A DNA stretch of 64,000 bases from Lingula anatina (GCA_051362555.1 CM120640.1:48772788-48836787), one strand, 5' to 3'; positions 11,355 through 26,281 are shown, counted from the first letter of the stretch. Numbers and translations are program-made. Notes: a model not told the origin generated them from the sequence alone.

Positions 11355-14300
11355 TTACTGGAATACAACAAGGAACTCGGGGTAAGCCTGTGTATCGTAG
11401 AATATCACGAACATGGTTGGAGTGGATGGATCGTCAACAACTGAATCGTAGTGACTGAGCTTGTCATTTGGATCCTTCTGTGGAGGGACCTTGATTTCCT
11501 TTTCACCTTTCACATATTCTCCAGTCAGCACGCGGCACAGATACAGGTGTTTATAGGCATTGGCATTTGGCGGTGAGTATAAATCTTGGGCGCTGTAGGA
11601 TGCATTCACCGCAAAGTACACGCCTCTTCCATACTTATTTGCTGAAATTAAATACATGTTGTTTATCCTGTACATTCAATGTCATATGAGGGAGAGAGTT
11701 TTAGAGAGAGTTTTACTAAAAATTATAACAGGTTCATTTAAGTACAGTCATTTTTTTATTATTGTCGTCTACTTAATGGGGTCTTTATCCAAAATTACCG
11801 TTTTTCCCACAATAACTTCGGTTGAAGCCATATTTATTAATACTAGGGAGGGTATCTTCACTGGTGCCGTGCCACAACAGACGTTCTACAATAGTCCCCG
11901 CCTTGGCTGTTGCTTCCATGTGAGCTTTCTGAACGGAATATTTCTGGAACATACTTGGGTTTTGAATCCGCTGAATCTAAAACAAAAACAAACGTCGATA
12001 CAAACACAATCACTATAGTGAGACTATAATCATTTCCTGAAGGGTTGGTTAAGTGACATTTCCTTTATCATTTCCACTGCTTTCTAAACCACACTCTCTG
12101 ATATCCTTATTATTTCTTTTTCTATCCAACATGGTTTTGAAACTTTGGAAAGATGGATATACTGGGAAAGAATATAATCAAGTGTTGATTTATTTTACCT
12201 TAATTATTTGATTTAGGGCACCGCCTATTGTTTGTCTCAACTGCTGATCCACACTTACGTACTCTTGGTCGGAAGGCTTTAAGTCTACGGCGATAAACGA
12301 GGTGTCTTTTGGCACTGTGGTCCACGTGGAAGGCAAATCAATCTCTCCTGGGAAACAGAACAGATTAGTTACAACATATCTAGGTAATGAATACACGAAT
12401 TAAAACGCCTACTATACAATCATTTATCTAAAATATGCCCCGCTCCAATGATTTTTATGTTTAAAAATATCAGGTTGGATTTTTAACATGAAAAAAGTAC
12501 ATCTAGATCTCTGTTATACAATTTGTAAAATGGCGGCAGCCAGAGAAGGAAAAAAAACTACCCACTTTTTGTGAAGTCCAGTCGCTTGACATCAGTTTCC
12601 ATTTTGTCCGCCAGGCAAATTTCTTTCATCCTTGAAAAATCAATTTGACACTTATCGTTATTTTCATCGATGAAATTGACAAAAATTTCTCCAGATGAGT
12701 GAGCATCCTCGATGGTTGCATTAATATTATCTGGATAAGGTTGAAAACTTTCTTTGCCGTTGTCATCAACATCTAGGTAGCACCACTGAACAGTCTTGGC
12801 AAGCATGGCTGCCTGTCTCTTTTTGCTATCTGCGAGAAGTACTTGTCGAAACACGCTGTTAATGTCCTCCGTTACTGCGATAATGTCCTCTGAACTACCT
12901 TGGACGCGGATGCGTTTCAGGCGTGGCTTCAGTTCAACCGTGATCTTAACTCCATATTTTCCTTCTAGGGATTTGATTTCATCAACCTAAGTTGTATAAA
13001 AAGTATCCAAACAAACCTAATAGTTAGTTTATAAAATATAACTAAGCGATATATCAAATTATAAACGTATGCCCCGTGGGGCTGATATCAGCGCGGTGAA
13101 ATCATTGTATGTTAAATCTATTCAAAATTAGGGGTTTTGGATAGAAAACATGTACGATTTCCCTTTGTATGTATACTGACAGTCAATGAAAACGCATTAT
13201 TTATTTATCAAATAATATTGTAAGTTCCTTTGGCACATTAAGAAAATAACAGTTTTCGTGTGAAATATGACCCATTATTCAGTCACACAAGGTGAAATAA
13301 AGGTCAGAAAAGATAATTAAAAAAGATCATTAAAATGCAAGGTCACATGAGCAAATATCTTTGGTTCCGCCCAGCCTGCAGCATCCCCAGGGCCCGCAGT
13401 CGCTCTTCCAGTGTCAGACGTGGTATCACAGAACTTTTTTGTCATGTGTCATACTGGATTTGGTGACTACCGTAAATAAGCTTAATTAATCACCATATAT
13501 TGAACCTGATTAATTTACACCAATCAGGAAAAACACGTTTTTGTAATAGCTGATCACAAAATCACTGAAGCGGAAATTTTAAACATCCAAGTGGTCAGCC
13601 CACTCTCTTATGACCAAACAAGTGCATTTGTATTTTTTTGAGACAGATTGATGCTGATGCTCATGCATGTCAATCAAACAAACAATACTTAGTTCAATTT
13701 TTGACTGCGGAAATTTCATATTGGATGAAATAACTGATAACAAATTTAACTAGCAGTTTGTTAGCAACACTAAAAACCAGTTGCGCGTGCCAAACCAGTG
13801 AACAAAAGGAAAGTTCGCTTCGCGTGGCACTGGTTAGCATGGGTTTTAGCCTCTAAAGCTATAATCCTATCGCCGCAACAAACAATAGGGACCTTCTGGC
13901 TGATGTATCCTGCTGTTAATTACACCTAGTTACAGCGGATTGTCGCACTCGCACTGGACCACAGAAACCGGCGTCATGGGGTTCACTCGTCTTAAGTATT
14001 GTGTTATTCCACCTAAGCTATTGTGTTTGTGCGTTCGAATTTTGAAGGGATTTATACGGCCCTCCATTGTTTGTCCGCCCCCTTCTATTCACAAGATAGG
14101 GATTAAAACATTTCGAACGTTGTTACACCGGTGTACAACGGAAACAAAATTATTACTACCACTGTACTCGCTTATATGGTTGGAATTGATTCTCGGCAAA
14201 ATTACAAGGGTACAAAAGTACAAGAAAGTTTTCTGATGCATTTTTATTGACTGTCAGTATATGTATGAAACATAATAAAATGTACTGCTACCGCTCGGCA

Positions 14301-17300
14301 TCCTATCGTGTACATCGGGCTTGCAGGCAGTGCATTATTTCCTAACGTTAATTAGTCAGCAAAACATGTATCTTCTGGGAACGTTACTTTGGAGGTCATT
14401 AGCGGTATTAATAACGACTAATGGCCATACCAGGCATAATATCGCTACGATGGTGTGAAAGGGAACTATGTCCCACGAAACAATATCGAATAATGTAGAA
14501 GTAATAGAGGTGATGAGCGGCCATGTACCCGGTATTTCTACAGCATAATACAATATACCGACAAAGATTTTAAAGTTTGTACACACACGTTTCCCGTGAT
14601 ATCATACACAGCATAATCTGGAGTACAGAATCAAGAAAATGACAAAACTTACGTCTTCTTCAGCGAGTAGTTCCAACGCCGGCTCATAATTTGGCCCCTG
14701 AAGCACCTTATCTTTGGACTCAGATTCACATAACTCATCGATTTTTTTTATAGCATTATCAATGTTGTCTTTCTTGTCCGCATAAACTGTGAGAATAAGA
14801 GACGCGGGTTCTCTAGTTGTGCTTTTAGTTCTACCGGAACTGCCAAAGGGTGACCAAGAACTGACGGTGTCTAAAAGAGTTTAATAACAGCTTTCCTAAT
14901 TTACCCATGCTTTCATTATACAGGAATGAATAAATCAAAATTTAAATATTTCATTCAACTTATATTTACTTGATGAAAAAGTTACTGAAATATGAAGGAA
15001 GATCTATACAGGTGTACTTGGATTTGTACAAGTTTACAAACAAAACGGTATGAAGTGTGCTTTTCACCTGATAAGTAATCGGTCAAAGCCCGATAGATCC
15101 CCTTACTCTTGTCCACAACTCTTTTGGACATTTCATTATGAAATACATCCACCATGTCAGCCTGGAATATGGTTATTCTTACAAGGAGTAGGTTTTGGGA
15201 TTTCCGCCCTTTGTCAAAGTCAGCTATGGCATCCAGCATGCCTTTTGCCACGTCTTTTGGGTCACAACCTGCGCCTGAGGATGTAAAAAAGGTCTTTTAA
15301 AATCTAAATAACTCATGATAAAGATAGAACACTTATATGCATTTAAGCAGTACTGTCAATTGATATATGTAATAAGTAGCAAATGTATATTTGAATCAAC
15401 AAAACAAATTATCGAAATAAACATGGCGCGTTTCTCAAAAAGTTACATCGAAAAATTAAAAAAAAAAACATTAAGAAGGTATTTTTTTCAATGTGACAAT
15501 ATTTCAGTGAGTTTTTCTGTATACTTTGTAAAATAATCCAATAACACGACCAGTCCTAGTAAACTGCCAACCTAACTGGCATACGCACCTGTTCCAAGAG
15601 CCGGGAAGCAAATAGATGCCATTTCCATATCCTCTGCCCTCTCGAGACACTTTGTAACCGCTTTCTTCCAATTAGGATTGCCAAAAAGCTGTACTGGCAT
15701 GACCAAATGTATTATACACTTTGAAGGAAGGTCACCAGCAGTAGTGACAGCAATTCCTGACTTGGGGCGTTCTACATACGAAAAGAAAAATCATTTAATA
15801 AAAAATAACATGCATGAACAATATAGGAGGGGCATTTACAATGACGTGTGATTTTTTTCAACAATTGAAGGTTCATGAATTTTGAAAATTTTGTCCATTG
15901 AACGACTTACTCTGTCTAGCACACTCTTGAACAATACTGCGTCCACCCTTTTTCATAATGGCGTTCGAAACAGCACCTAATAGGAAAATACGTAAAGCAA
16001 CATTTACCGTTATAAATACGTACATATATTCTACTATATGTCTTAAGTTATCCCTTTTGTAATGCAGCTTTTACATTACACGAATTTCTGCAACCTGTCA
16101 AAAGGGCATAACTATTGCTATTTCAGACATTTCATTAATAAATACGATTGGCAAATTGTTGGGATAAATGGTGTATATATTTTACTCGACCACGGTTGAC
16201 ACCACGGTTGCACGGTATACCTCTACTTAAGTCCAGTTCATCGTTGGTGCAGTTCACAATGGCGTCGGTGTGTTCCTCAGTTATATCCCCCTGCTGGATT
16301 TGAAGCGTGATATTCCCTACCATTGCCGCCTGTTGTAGTCTACCACCACCACTGGCCATACTTCGGAATGTGCTCCCACCTTGAGTGGATAGCAAACAAT
16401 TACACTAGATATCAGAGTAATTTCGGATGTAATTTTTTCTATGATTTCTTTGATTATCATTTGGGATAGACCTAAGACAAAAAACAGCCTAGGTAACCGA
16501 TTCAGACTTGCAAGCAATCACAAATAGAAAATACCATTCGCTTTCCGTCTGGAAGTTGAATGTCCACTTCGCTCAGAGGAAATATCTTCGTTGCTCTCTT
16601 TTCCGCTTCTTCTTGGCTTACGTCCTCTTCCTCTCTTCAACTGTCTGATCTCATCCTCAAAAGCCTACCAGTAATTAAAAGAGGCTTCAGTAAAACAGTG
16701 TCAGGGAAAACAACTTTACCTCCTACTACAAGCTAAAGGGAAACCAAAATGTTTTTTCATGATCAGTTTAGTGTAAAGAAATCTACAATTTAACAGTAGC
16801 AACTTACAGCAACGGTGGCATGATCTTTATCATACACAACAAGACGCACTTCTCTAAGAGTTGTCTCCGGTTTACTTATGCTAAATTTGGCTATTTCTTC
16901 GTACATCACTCTTGCCACAACATCTTTTGGGAAGCCTAAGTTGCCGGTGCCAATTGCTGGTATGGCGATTGAAGTGTAGTTGCCTTTATCGGTAGTAAAA
17001 AGGCATGTCTTCACTAATTTACGAAGACACTAGAAGAAGAAATATTGTGAAATGAATCTGGCCAATGTTAGGAAAGGGCATCCTAATAAAACAGACTCAC
17101 AATTGCATTATAAATGTTGTATGCTATGATTATCTTAAGAAAGAACAGAAACATGAAAAATCAAAAAGAAACCCATATATATACTATGCCTCTTATATCC
17201 ATTAGTTCATTTTTTTTAAATACTGTTAAAATTCACTGTAGTACTGACAGGAACATAAAAGTATGGTCAATCAAGGCATTGAATAAAACTGTAATATCAA

Positions 17301-20300
17301 TTGCAGAGCTACAGATAAAACAACATACTTTAAAGTGTGGTGATTTTACTGACCTCCTCTGAGCCAGTTGCACTCCAATTCATACAGCTTCCATGAAACA
17401 CGCGTTTGCACTTCAAATTTCCGCCAGAAGTTTCAACAATATCGCCAAACTGATGTCCATTTGGTGCCTGCTGATTACATTCGACCTGTAAAACGTTTCC
17501 CCCAGCGGACAGCAAAGAACTTGATACAGCACCATAGGCCAAATTCAGATCCTTTCTAGCAGTGTTCACAATAATATCTGCCTGAAATGTTATGTTTAAT
17601 ATCGGGAAGTCATCAGATAGTCTAAGACGATTTGAATTCATGTAAGCCATTCTGGTTAAAACCTATGTATTTGAAATATTGTACCACAGCATTTATGCTA
17701 ACAGAATAACTTCTTAAGCATTTACTTACTGTTTCCTGCGCAAGAACTGACTTTCTGAGTGAAACCAGAAGTCCTTCTCTTGTGTTCAGATTCAAGGGAT
17801 CATTAGTGGGTAAGTATGTACTATAGGACTCCGTCTCCAGGCCTGGCATTTACATAGGTATAATATAGAAAGTTGTAATTAGACACAAAAACAACGAACA
17901 GACTTTCTTGCAGACCTACAAAATATTTACCTCAATTGCTTTACAAATCAGATAATAACTTTAAAAATATGCTGAGAAGGTTTCAAAGAGACAATGAAAA
18001 ATTGAAATTTCATTGATGAAAGTGGATACCTACATTCAAATTTACCACATTTGTGCACATTTCAAAATGACCTTTAACTTAGTTCTGGGTGTTTAAATAT
18101 TATCACACGTCCATAGCCATTAAAGCGAGGAGTAAATGAAAATGCCAATGTGTTCTACAGACTAAAATTGGTAAAAATCATATGTAAAGATCAAGATGAA
18201 TTTGATGATAAGCTCCCATGCTCCCCCCAAAAAAGGCAAATGAAATCTTTGTTGGATACTAGGAGAGTGAAAATGTAAGGATTAAAAAGTTCATTTCAGT
18301 ACAAATAGACTACATGTACATTGTTCTTCACTATCTGAAAAGATTATTTTGTAAATTCGATAAATATAATAATAATAAGTTTATTGAGCACTAAATGATA
18401 TGAATACATTTGCAGGATCACTAGACTACATTATTTACACAATATACAAGGATATGCTTTTATATATGTTTACATACATGTATGTAGAATGCTAAATTAC
18501 ACGTGTTAATGCATGTTATGCTATAAAATTAATTAATTAAGCTATTCACGGCATTATCAACAGTTGGTGGCTGTGATGTACTAAATTGCAGGTGAAGTAT
18601 ATATTTTAACAGCGACTTTACAAATTCTGCTATTACTTCGAGACTTTTTCACAGGGTGGATTAAGGAGAAATGACAATATGAAGGTTACTTTCAATTGTT
18701 TGATTATACTAGTATAATTTTGTTAGTAACACAATTCATTACATCAGCAAATTGATCAAGACAAACAGGTAGCCTACCAGTAAATTGTGAGTGCTCTCCT
18801 GCTCCTACCGATGCCGAGACTCTGCCATACCCACCATCGTAGCTTGCTCCCTCTTCTGTTCTAGAACTGCCAGTCTGAAAAATTCCGTGTAGAGCTCGCT
18901 GAAATGCCATAAGTACGCGTTCCTCCAGTGACACAATTCGAATCTCTGTTATAGATGTTGAGGAGTTCTTCAAAAAATCCCTTATAGCTTCAAGAATAAC
19001 TTCTGAGCATTTATCAATTGGGAACCGATAGACTCCAGCACTAAGTGCTGGAAAAGAGATAGATTTGAATTTCATTTGTGTAGCTTCATCCAGACAGCTG
19101 TACACTGCCTCGTATAGAAAGTTCTCTTCATTATTGCTTCCTCCACGCCATATTGGACCGACAGCATGCAGGATTTTCTTGCAGGGCAGTTTGCCTGCCG
19201 AAGAGACGAACACTTGTCCATCAAGAAGGGCTCCATGCTTCTCGGTATAGGCATAGCATTCGTCTTGGATTTTCCCACCACCTAATGATATATTATTTAT
19301 AAAAGATTAATATGAATAAAAACAAAGTTTGTGCTCGTAAATTTTGATACTTCCTTTTAAGATATATTTATAAAAAATGCAAACAACCTGCAAATGAAAC
19401 CGTGAATGACATTGTTGAAACAGAGAAATAGTTTGACTGGCATACTTTCACCACTGCACGATAGATGTCTTACCTGCGACCACGATTGCTTTGGCTAAAC
19501 CTCCCTTGTGGGACAAGTCTCTGTTTGCTGCATTAACTATTACATCCACATGTTGCTTTGTAAGATCATCTCTATGAATGGCAACTACACAATTCTCTGG
19601 GGTCTTTATGTGAACTACTGCTTTCTGGTGTATGTCTAAACTGTCAACGATCCCAAAGTCCCCATTCTCCTCGGCTAGCCCAGCACTCGATGGGACATCA
19701 ATTTTACAGTCGTGTTTTGTCTCCAAGTTTTCTAGAAAGTCCCTTCCTCGTTGGGAGAGTATGTACTTTGGCATCCCCGGTTTATTTATTTCTTTAATTT
19801 CAGACTCGATTTTCAGGCAAAGGTCACGTAGTTTTTGAGTTGTGGCAATGATTCCGGGCTGATTCCCTTGTACAAGAAATCCGGTGCTCTTTCCGGACTT
19901 TCTGCATTTTATTTTCACTTGGTTTTCAGCATTTTCCTTCTCAATCTCTCTTAATCTGTTTAACCTTCGCTCTACAAGAAATGTTACTTTTCCTCTTTCC
20001 ATTTTCATAAATTCTTCAACCACTGTGTTGAAGGTAAGGAAATCAGAAACACATTCTAGGACGCTGCCAGATACACTTTTCACAGCCACAATAGTTACGG
20101 AACTATTGTCTGCTTTGGGTATAATCTTACACAACCCAGGATACAACTTTTCTTGCTGATCGGCTGTTGCGTGCCACTTTTCTGTGTTCAAAATCCCCTG
20201 GCTACCATCTTTGATTGAAACCGGGGTTTCAATTATGTTTTGCTTGATGATCTGACAAGCATGAGTGATCTCGTCTTGCTTTGTTGCATATACTGAAACC

Positions 20301-23300
20301 TCATCATTTCCGACAACCCAAACTGCAAGCAATCTTTCTCGGCGGAACAGATCCACAAGATGTTCTCGGCATTCTTTGGTTCCCATTAACTGCATAGTTG
20401 CTGGGGGCAACTTAAAGGTCTGGTGTAGTAGGGCGTTTATTCTTTCATATACATCTATCATAGCTTTGTTTGCGTCATCTGGCATGCCTGTTAGATGAAG
20501 CATCCCACCTTCCTGATCAATACTGATGTTCATATCGGGGAACATCTGTTTAGCAATCTTTTTGTACTGTATTGCCAATAGGTACCGAAGTTGAAACAGC
20601 TTCAGAGTTTTCTTTTCCTTCACAACCAATGCATCTCGTCGCATCTGCAAATCAAGTTGTTTCTGTATCTGTGTAATTTTCTGAATCACCTCATTGGCTA
20701 TACCCGCCTCCCCCATCACTCGTATGGCACAGGTCTGGTCTTCAGTTTGCAGACGATAATTGTCGTTTTCTGGATTTGGTAGCAATGAGAGAGCTTGGTT
20801 GGTTTTCTCCCATATTGCCTGAAGAGTGGAAAACTCTTTGTACACATACTCTTCCTTGAAAACCTTATTTATAACTTTCCTCACAGTACGTTCCCATGTT
20901 TTTGCAGCTTCTCTATAATTTGGAGACTGTTGAGATAGCGCACAGGTGACACTGGGCATTGATGCTGGATTCTGAGGCCATTGTATGCGGGCACTCACAT
21001 CTGCAAACGCTTGTTCAGCCGCAGAACGATGTCTTTTAATGCCTTTGATGAACTCTACCAATCCGTATTCAACATTTTCCAATGGAATTGGTTTGGGTAG
21101 AGGAAAATAGGGTTTGCTCGGGTCATGTCCAGGAGGAAGAATCCCAAGGCACTCATGGTATATGGATACCTTCATATGGGTCTTGTTCAACATGTGCTTC
21201 TTTTTTAAAACTCTGTCTACAACTGAAACGCAAGCACAAACATATAATATTTGCGGATCCCAAAGATGGAATATCATCAGATAATATGAAAATGTCAAAT
21301 TTTCACTTTTAACGAAAAAAAACCTTACCTTCTGGGTTATTAAAAGTTACAATAGCAGAGGCTGAACCTGAAGCAATATGAACCTCATTGACTACATCAC
21401 CACCACTTTTCTCGTTCTCAAAATAATTCTCAAGCGCATCTTCTGTGATAGTTTTTGGAAGTTTGTGAACCTGGATACTAGTTGTAAGGGGGACTCTTTC
21501 CACGACAAGATTACTTCCTTCAAGTTTCTTTTTCGAGCACTTGGCTTTAAAGTTATCAAAGTCTGAAATGACAGAGAATGCCTCTGAATGTAGACAATAT
21601 ACATGTATTAGTATTTACATTGTTAATAGTAAAATTATCACAAACCCACCGTTCTGGTTAATATTTGCTAATTACATGTACATAACGTATAACGTAAAAC
21701 ATGAACCGCACACTTTTAAACTATTGATCAGTTTTTTAAAGGTTTAAATTGACACACATCTCTTTTCTAGAAATACATCAGGTACCTGTTACTGGTTCAC
21801 TTAATGCAACTAGGACAGTCTCAGGGATAGCCCCAAAAGTAATGTTCTCAACACTGTAGCTGGTTTTTGCCTCGATGAAATTTTGAAGGAGGTCTCTTGT
21901 TACTTTGATGCCCACCTTCTTGAAACAGACCTTCTGCGAGTCATATATGACAGGAGGAGGGGGCTGAACTGCTGCTATGTCTAGCCTACTTTTATCTAAT
22001 GTCAGTCCAGTCTGTTTCCACTTCTGTAATATCCTGCTTACAGCTGGTAATTAAACATATTTTAAAAAATTATCATAATTATAGAAGGTACTCAATGTTT
22101 GCAATAAAATTATATAAGTCAATATATGAAAAGAAAAAAAATCTGCTAACCCAAGGCTAATCACCTTAATTAGGACTTAACTGAACTGGCCGTATATTTA
22201 TGGTGCACGGGGCTTGATTTATATGCCATAATCATAAAACCAAGAACCATCTACTAGTCTGCACTGGCTTGGGCAAAACCTTGGTGAAAAAAGATCTAAA
22301 TTCGGTTCTACAATAGCTCACCTTCCGGATCCCAGAAGGTTATCAGGACCTCAGTTTTATCTTCATTCATTGTTATGTTCTGAACGGGACCACCACCTGA
22401 ACGTCTTCTGTTCTCAAAGAACAGAGTCAAGCCCTCAGTCGTGCTCTCTTGGTGAAAACCAATCACTCTTATGGTGTCAAGTTTAGGCATTTCTAATTGG
22501 TCTTCACTTCCTTTTGCACATAATAAAAAAGGTGAGTTAAAAATGTATAATAAGACACCGCATTTTTGTATTTGATTATTGCTTTCCAAACTTCCAATGA
22601 ATGACAGCTTCCCTGGTCAACTCTCTGCATGATTTTCTAAAGCAAAACTACTGATTTGAACAATAATATTTACAGCAATACATCACCTACGTATATATTT
22701 GATATTCTTTTTTACAATTTTCCCCTTACTTGTCCCTCCATTAGCTAAAGGAGAACTCTTTTCACGGGGCCATTCCACAAGAAGCCTGACTCCATCTAGT
22801 GTCGTCCCAGGAGACTCCCCGTGCTGAATGACACGTGCAGCAACTGAACATATATGATAAAAACTAAAATTATTTACGCCTTTAATAGAAGATGCAAGTG
22901 CCAAAATGACTACAAGTTAAAGGGTCGAGAATATAATTATTTATCTTCGTAGAAATTCATCCCAACATAAATCATAAGCACACACGAAAATGTCAGTATA
23001 TACCCTATTTTTGTTTAAATCGAAAATGAACTCTCAAGGAGAATTAACTTATCAAACCCTTAATTCCTCAAAATATCGAGCTCAATGGCACTCTTGCAAC
23101 CCCACTTACGTTATTTAACTCATTCCTATAAAGTCAGTTATTTACTTAATGCTCAAAACAATAGTTGTGTTTATTTTTTAAAAATACGTGTTGCCATTTG
23201 TATATCAATCTATCATTTACAATTTTTCATTTGTCATTAAATAAAGAGCAGTCTAGCATAATAATCAAGCCTTTTATGACCTGTTCTTACACTACTGAAC

Positions 23301-23316
23301 TTATCTACCCCAGTCC

Positions 23317-23347
<31 letters not shown>

Positions 23348-24930
23348 TACCTTCATGGTCTTTATAGGTAATAACAGCAACACCAGATGCCCTATCAATG
23401 TCAATGTCCTCAATCTCATCACCACAGCTGTGTTTTTTACTTTCAAACAACATCTGTAAGCTGTCATTTGAGGTGTTTTGATGAAAGCCGCGAATTTCTA
23501 CGGACCTCATTGGCTCTGGTGGTGTCTGTCTACACACTGTAAGCGTGGCGCCTTCAAGTTTGAGGAGACTCTTTCCTAATACTCTGTCAACAACTGAAAA
23601 GCCATCTAAGAATATGTTAAACAGCAAGGGCATTGGTTGTAATTCACTTTGTTTTTTATTCGTGTAGGTACGTGCACTTTCTATATACAACAATAAATTC
23701 ATTGCCAAGCTCACTGAATATTTTATCTGGAACCATAGTTTTTCAGTTATAAAGATAAATAAATTATTCTCGTATTATTTAAAACTCATTAATTAAAGCA
23801 GCATTTGATCAGCATTAACCTTCTGGGTCTACAAAGGTAATTGTCACATCTCCTGTCAAGGGATTCCTTTCCAATTCTGCAATTTCACCACCTCCAGATT
23901 TCCGTTTGTTTTCAAAAAACAACTCGATTGTGTCATCAGATGTTGTCTGATGTATTCCATGAACCACTATTGCATTGATAACCATGCTATCTTCCTGCAT
24001 TATGTTGCCAGCTGTGTCATCTGCTTTATCTGGCTGGGGCCGACAGACACGTATTGGTGCACCCTCGAGAATCAGGTTTTTCCGGGTAAGGACACGATCG
24101 GCAACTAGGTGGAAGAAGTACAGGTATAAATGGAGGTTGCAGGTTATTCACATAAACATGGGAGGCATTTTACACCTGATACAATATAGCATTCATGGTA
24201 AGATACTTCTTATAGACAAAATGCGATGAAACAATCTTCTGAGGAAAAGATTTACCCTCGGCAGAATTAAAGTTATTCTCACCAAACCATAACTTACTTT
24301 TGAAATCAGCATAAGTAATTTTGATAACCCCAGTTGAAGTGTCCCTTTCTATGTGCTCAATATCTCCGCCACCTGATTTTCGTGCATTTTCGAAAAACAT
24401 TTCAGCGGTGTCAGTGGATGTCTCCCGTTTCACGCCGAGGACTTCAACAATGTAAGAAGGCTCTTCTTTTTCCAGGGAGTGAGGCATGCAAACTTGTAGC
24501 TGGGTACCCTCAAATAGAATGTCCTTCTTTCCAAGAACACGTGAAGCAACTAAAATGATGATTAAATATAAACCTAGTGATTTTCTTAGCAATTTATGAT
24601 TTTAAAGTAAAAAAAAAAATTTAATTTGATTTTCTGAAAACAGTTAGACAATGCACCTACCAGATGGGTCACAGAAAGTGATCCAGACAACGCCCTTTTT
24701 CAGGTTTCTCTCTAGCCGCTGTATATCACCACCACCCGTTCGTTTCCTGTTTTCAAAAAGCATTTCAATCATCTTGTCTGAAGTCTCTGACGTTATCCCA
24801 TGCACTTCTATCATGGCTGAAACTTGTGGTGTTTCTTCACAAGACGAATCTTCCTCGTTCTCTTGCCAGACCGCCATTAACTCTTTCCCCTCCAGTGAAA
24901 ATGTTCCCCTGTCCACTACTCGAGGGGTAA
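11355..24930 (-). CDS. PARP14: PARP14-like macrodomain mono-ADP-ribosyltransferase (RRM x~7, KH-like, 3 macro, WWE, ART), 23 exons, >=2200 aa; start codon lies further upstream
   Basis: Phase-consistent GT-AG exons: 24930-24661, 24549-24298, 24104-23820, 23593-23351, 22843-22730, 22510-22322, 22043-21786, 21562-21329, 21222-19474, 19281-18778, 17842-17730, 17581-17354, 17029-16808, 16664-16535, 16379-16221, 15976-15911, 15771-15589, 15274-15068, 14870-14653, 12986-12566, 12347-12199, 11976-11799, 11641-11355. Motifs: FENxRxSGGG RRMs; macro1 DVIVNAAN..HKGGLA..LHAVGP..FPALSAGVY; macro2 IPAIGTGNLGFP; macro3 FPALGTG; WWE VQWCY..FQPYP; ART LWHGT..GFNRSYCGKNANKYGRGVYFA..YDSVVD..QAYPEF. Symbol denotes family likeness, not proven orthology. 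Confidence 0.93.
13176..14257 (-). mobile_element. Internally deleted Tc1/mariner element in a PARP intron
   Basis: TIR CTGACAGTCAATGAAAACGCAT / ATGCATTTTTATTGACTGTCAG with TA TSD. Minus-strand remnant of a Tc1 N-terminal HTH, IPRLTLEERLRALGMLQAGRNQ (~13360-13427). Confidence 0.8.
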
Positions 24931-25852
24931 CTGAAATAATTACATCCGTAAATGTATAGGCAATCAGAATTTCTATGTCTGTCACAAACCCCTCCTTCAA
25001 ACCAGCACACACGAACAGTACCTGATAGAGGACAGCGTTTGCTTGGTTAAAGGGATAATAACTCTTCGTATGAGATCTATATTTCACAATAAAAACATTG
25101 TGAACAAGTCATAGAAATATAATATATTCTGTTTTACCTCAAAAACGGCAGTTATAGCTATTATTCTGATATCTGAGCTTGTCATCAGACCTCCATAGAT
25201 GGCTCTATAGATGACTATACTCTGTAATAATCTCTTAAGAGATTATTACAAAAAAATTGTAGAAAAAAACGGGACTAACACTCCTGGAAAATTCACTTTT
25301 TTTGGCCAAAACGAACAGTTATTATCCCTTTAAGTCTACTTCAAGCATGTGTTGTTTAAAAAGTCACAAGCATGGGTTGTTTAAAAAATAAACATGTATT
25401 ATAAATCAATTTTTGTCCTACTGAAAAAATTTACATAAAAGCAAAATGCATAAGCATGAATTTATTATGTCCACACAACAGTGTACTGATTACCTTTTTG
25501 GCTATGAAAACACTTTGATGGATAATTGTATATTACTTTATATCCTTAAATCAACTACACGCCATTCTAATTACTGAGATTAAGAAAAATGGTCTAATGC
25601 TCAACACATTGACACCTTAAATGTAAACAAATGCACCAATTTGCATATTTAAATATATATTGCATAAAATCTGTCAAATAATCGCCATCAATTTCAAGTA
25701 TCATCTACCACAATTGTTGACATTTAGAAAATATGCCAGAAAACAGTTTAATAATCTTAATAATCAAGTGATTGCATATTGACACCTTCAAAATATTACA
25801 ATGCCATTTTTCGGTAAAAACAAATAATTTCACAAGAGTAGTAAAATCGCCA

Positions 25853-26281
25853 TATGATTTAAAAACCAGGCATAAATTTGAAAACCACCTAGAACAACCT
25901 TAGACTGCCACATTAATCTAATACAATGCAAAAAAAGTCCTATCAAAAGTGGTTAAAGGAAATACGTCGTTAAGTCCCATATACCCCCATAACGACAATA
26001 AAATAGAGTAAGCTTGTGAAACAAGATTCCAGAAATTTTAAGATAATAATCGATATAAAATACTGCCAGGCATTGGAGCGGCCTAAAACTAGGCACGTTA
26101 TTTTATTGTCTCTATGGGGGTAAATGGGAACATTACGACATTCTGTTTGAATGCTTTAACCACTTTTCATAGGGTTTTTTTTTTTTTTTTTTTTTTGCAT
26201 TGTATTACATGTAGATTTATGTGGCAGTCTAAGGTTGTTCTAGGTGGTTTTCAAATTTATGCACCCGGTTTTTAAATCATG
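25853..26281. repeat. Foldback inverted repeat (~160-bp arms)
   Basis: ATGATTTAAAAACCAGGCATAAATTTGAAAACCACCTAGAACAACCTTAGACTGCCACAT.. (25854) is the reverse complement of ..ATGTGGCAGTCTAAGGTTGTTCTAGGTGGTTTTCAAATTTATGC..TTTTTAAATCAT (~26219-26280). Confidence 0.85.

Noticed and set aside
13060-14610. Possible older outer repeat around the Tc1 relic (GATATC-containing ends)
   Set aside because: No clear TIR or TSD could be defined.
19632-21312. Plus-strand ORFs antisense to the large PARP exon (similar ones oppose the Deltex exon)
   Set aside because: Shadow ORFs of the real coding strand.
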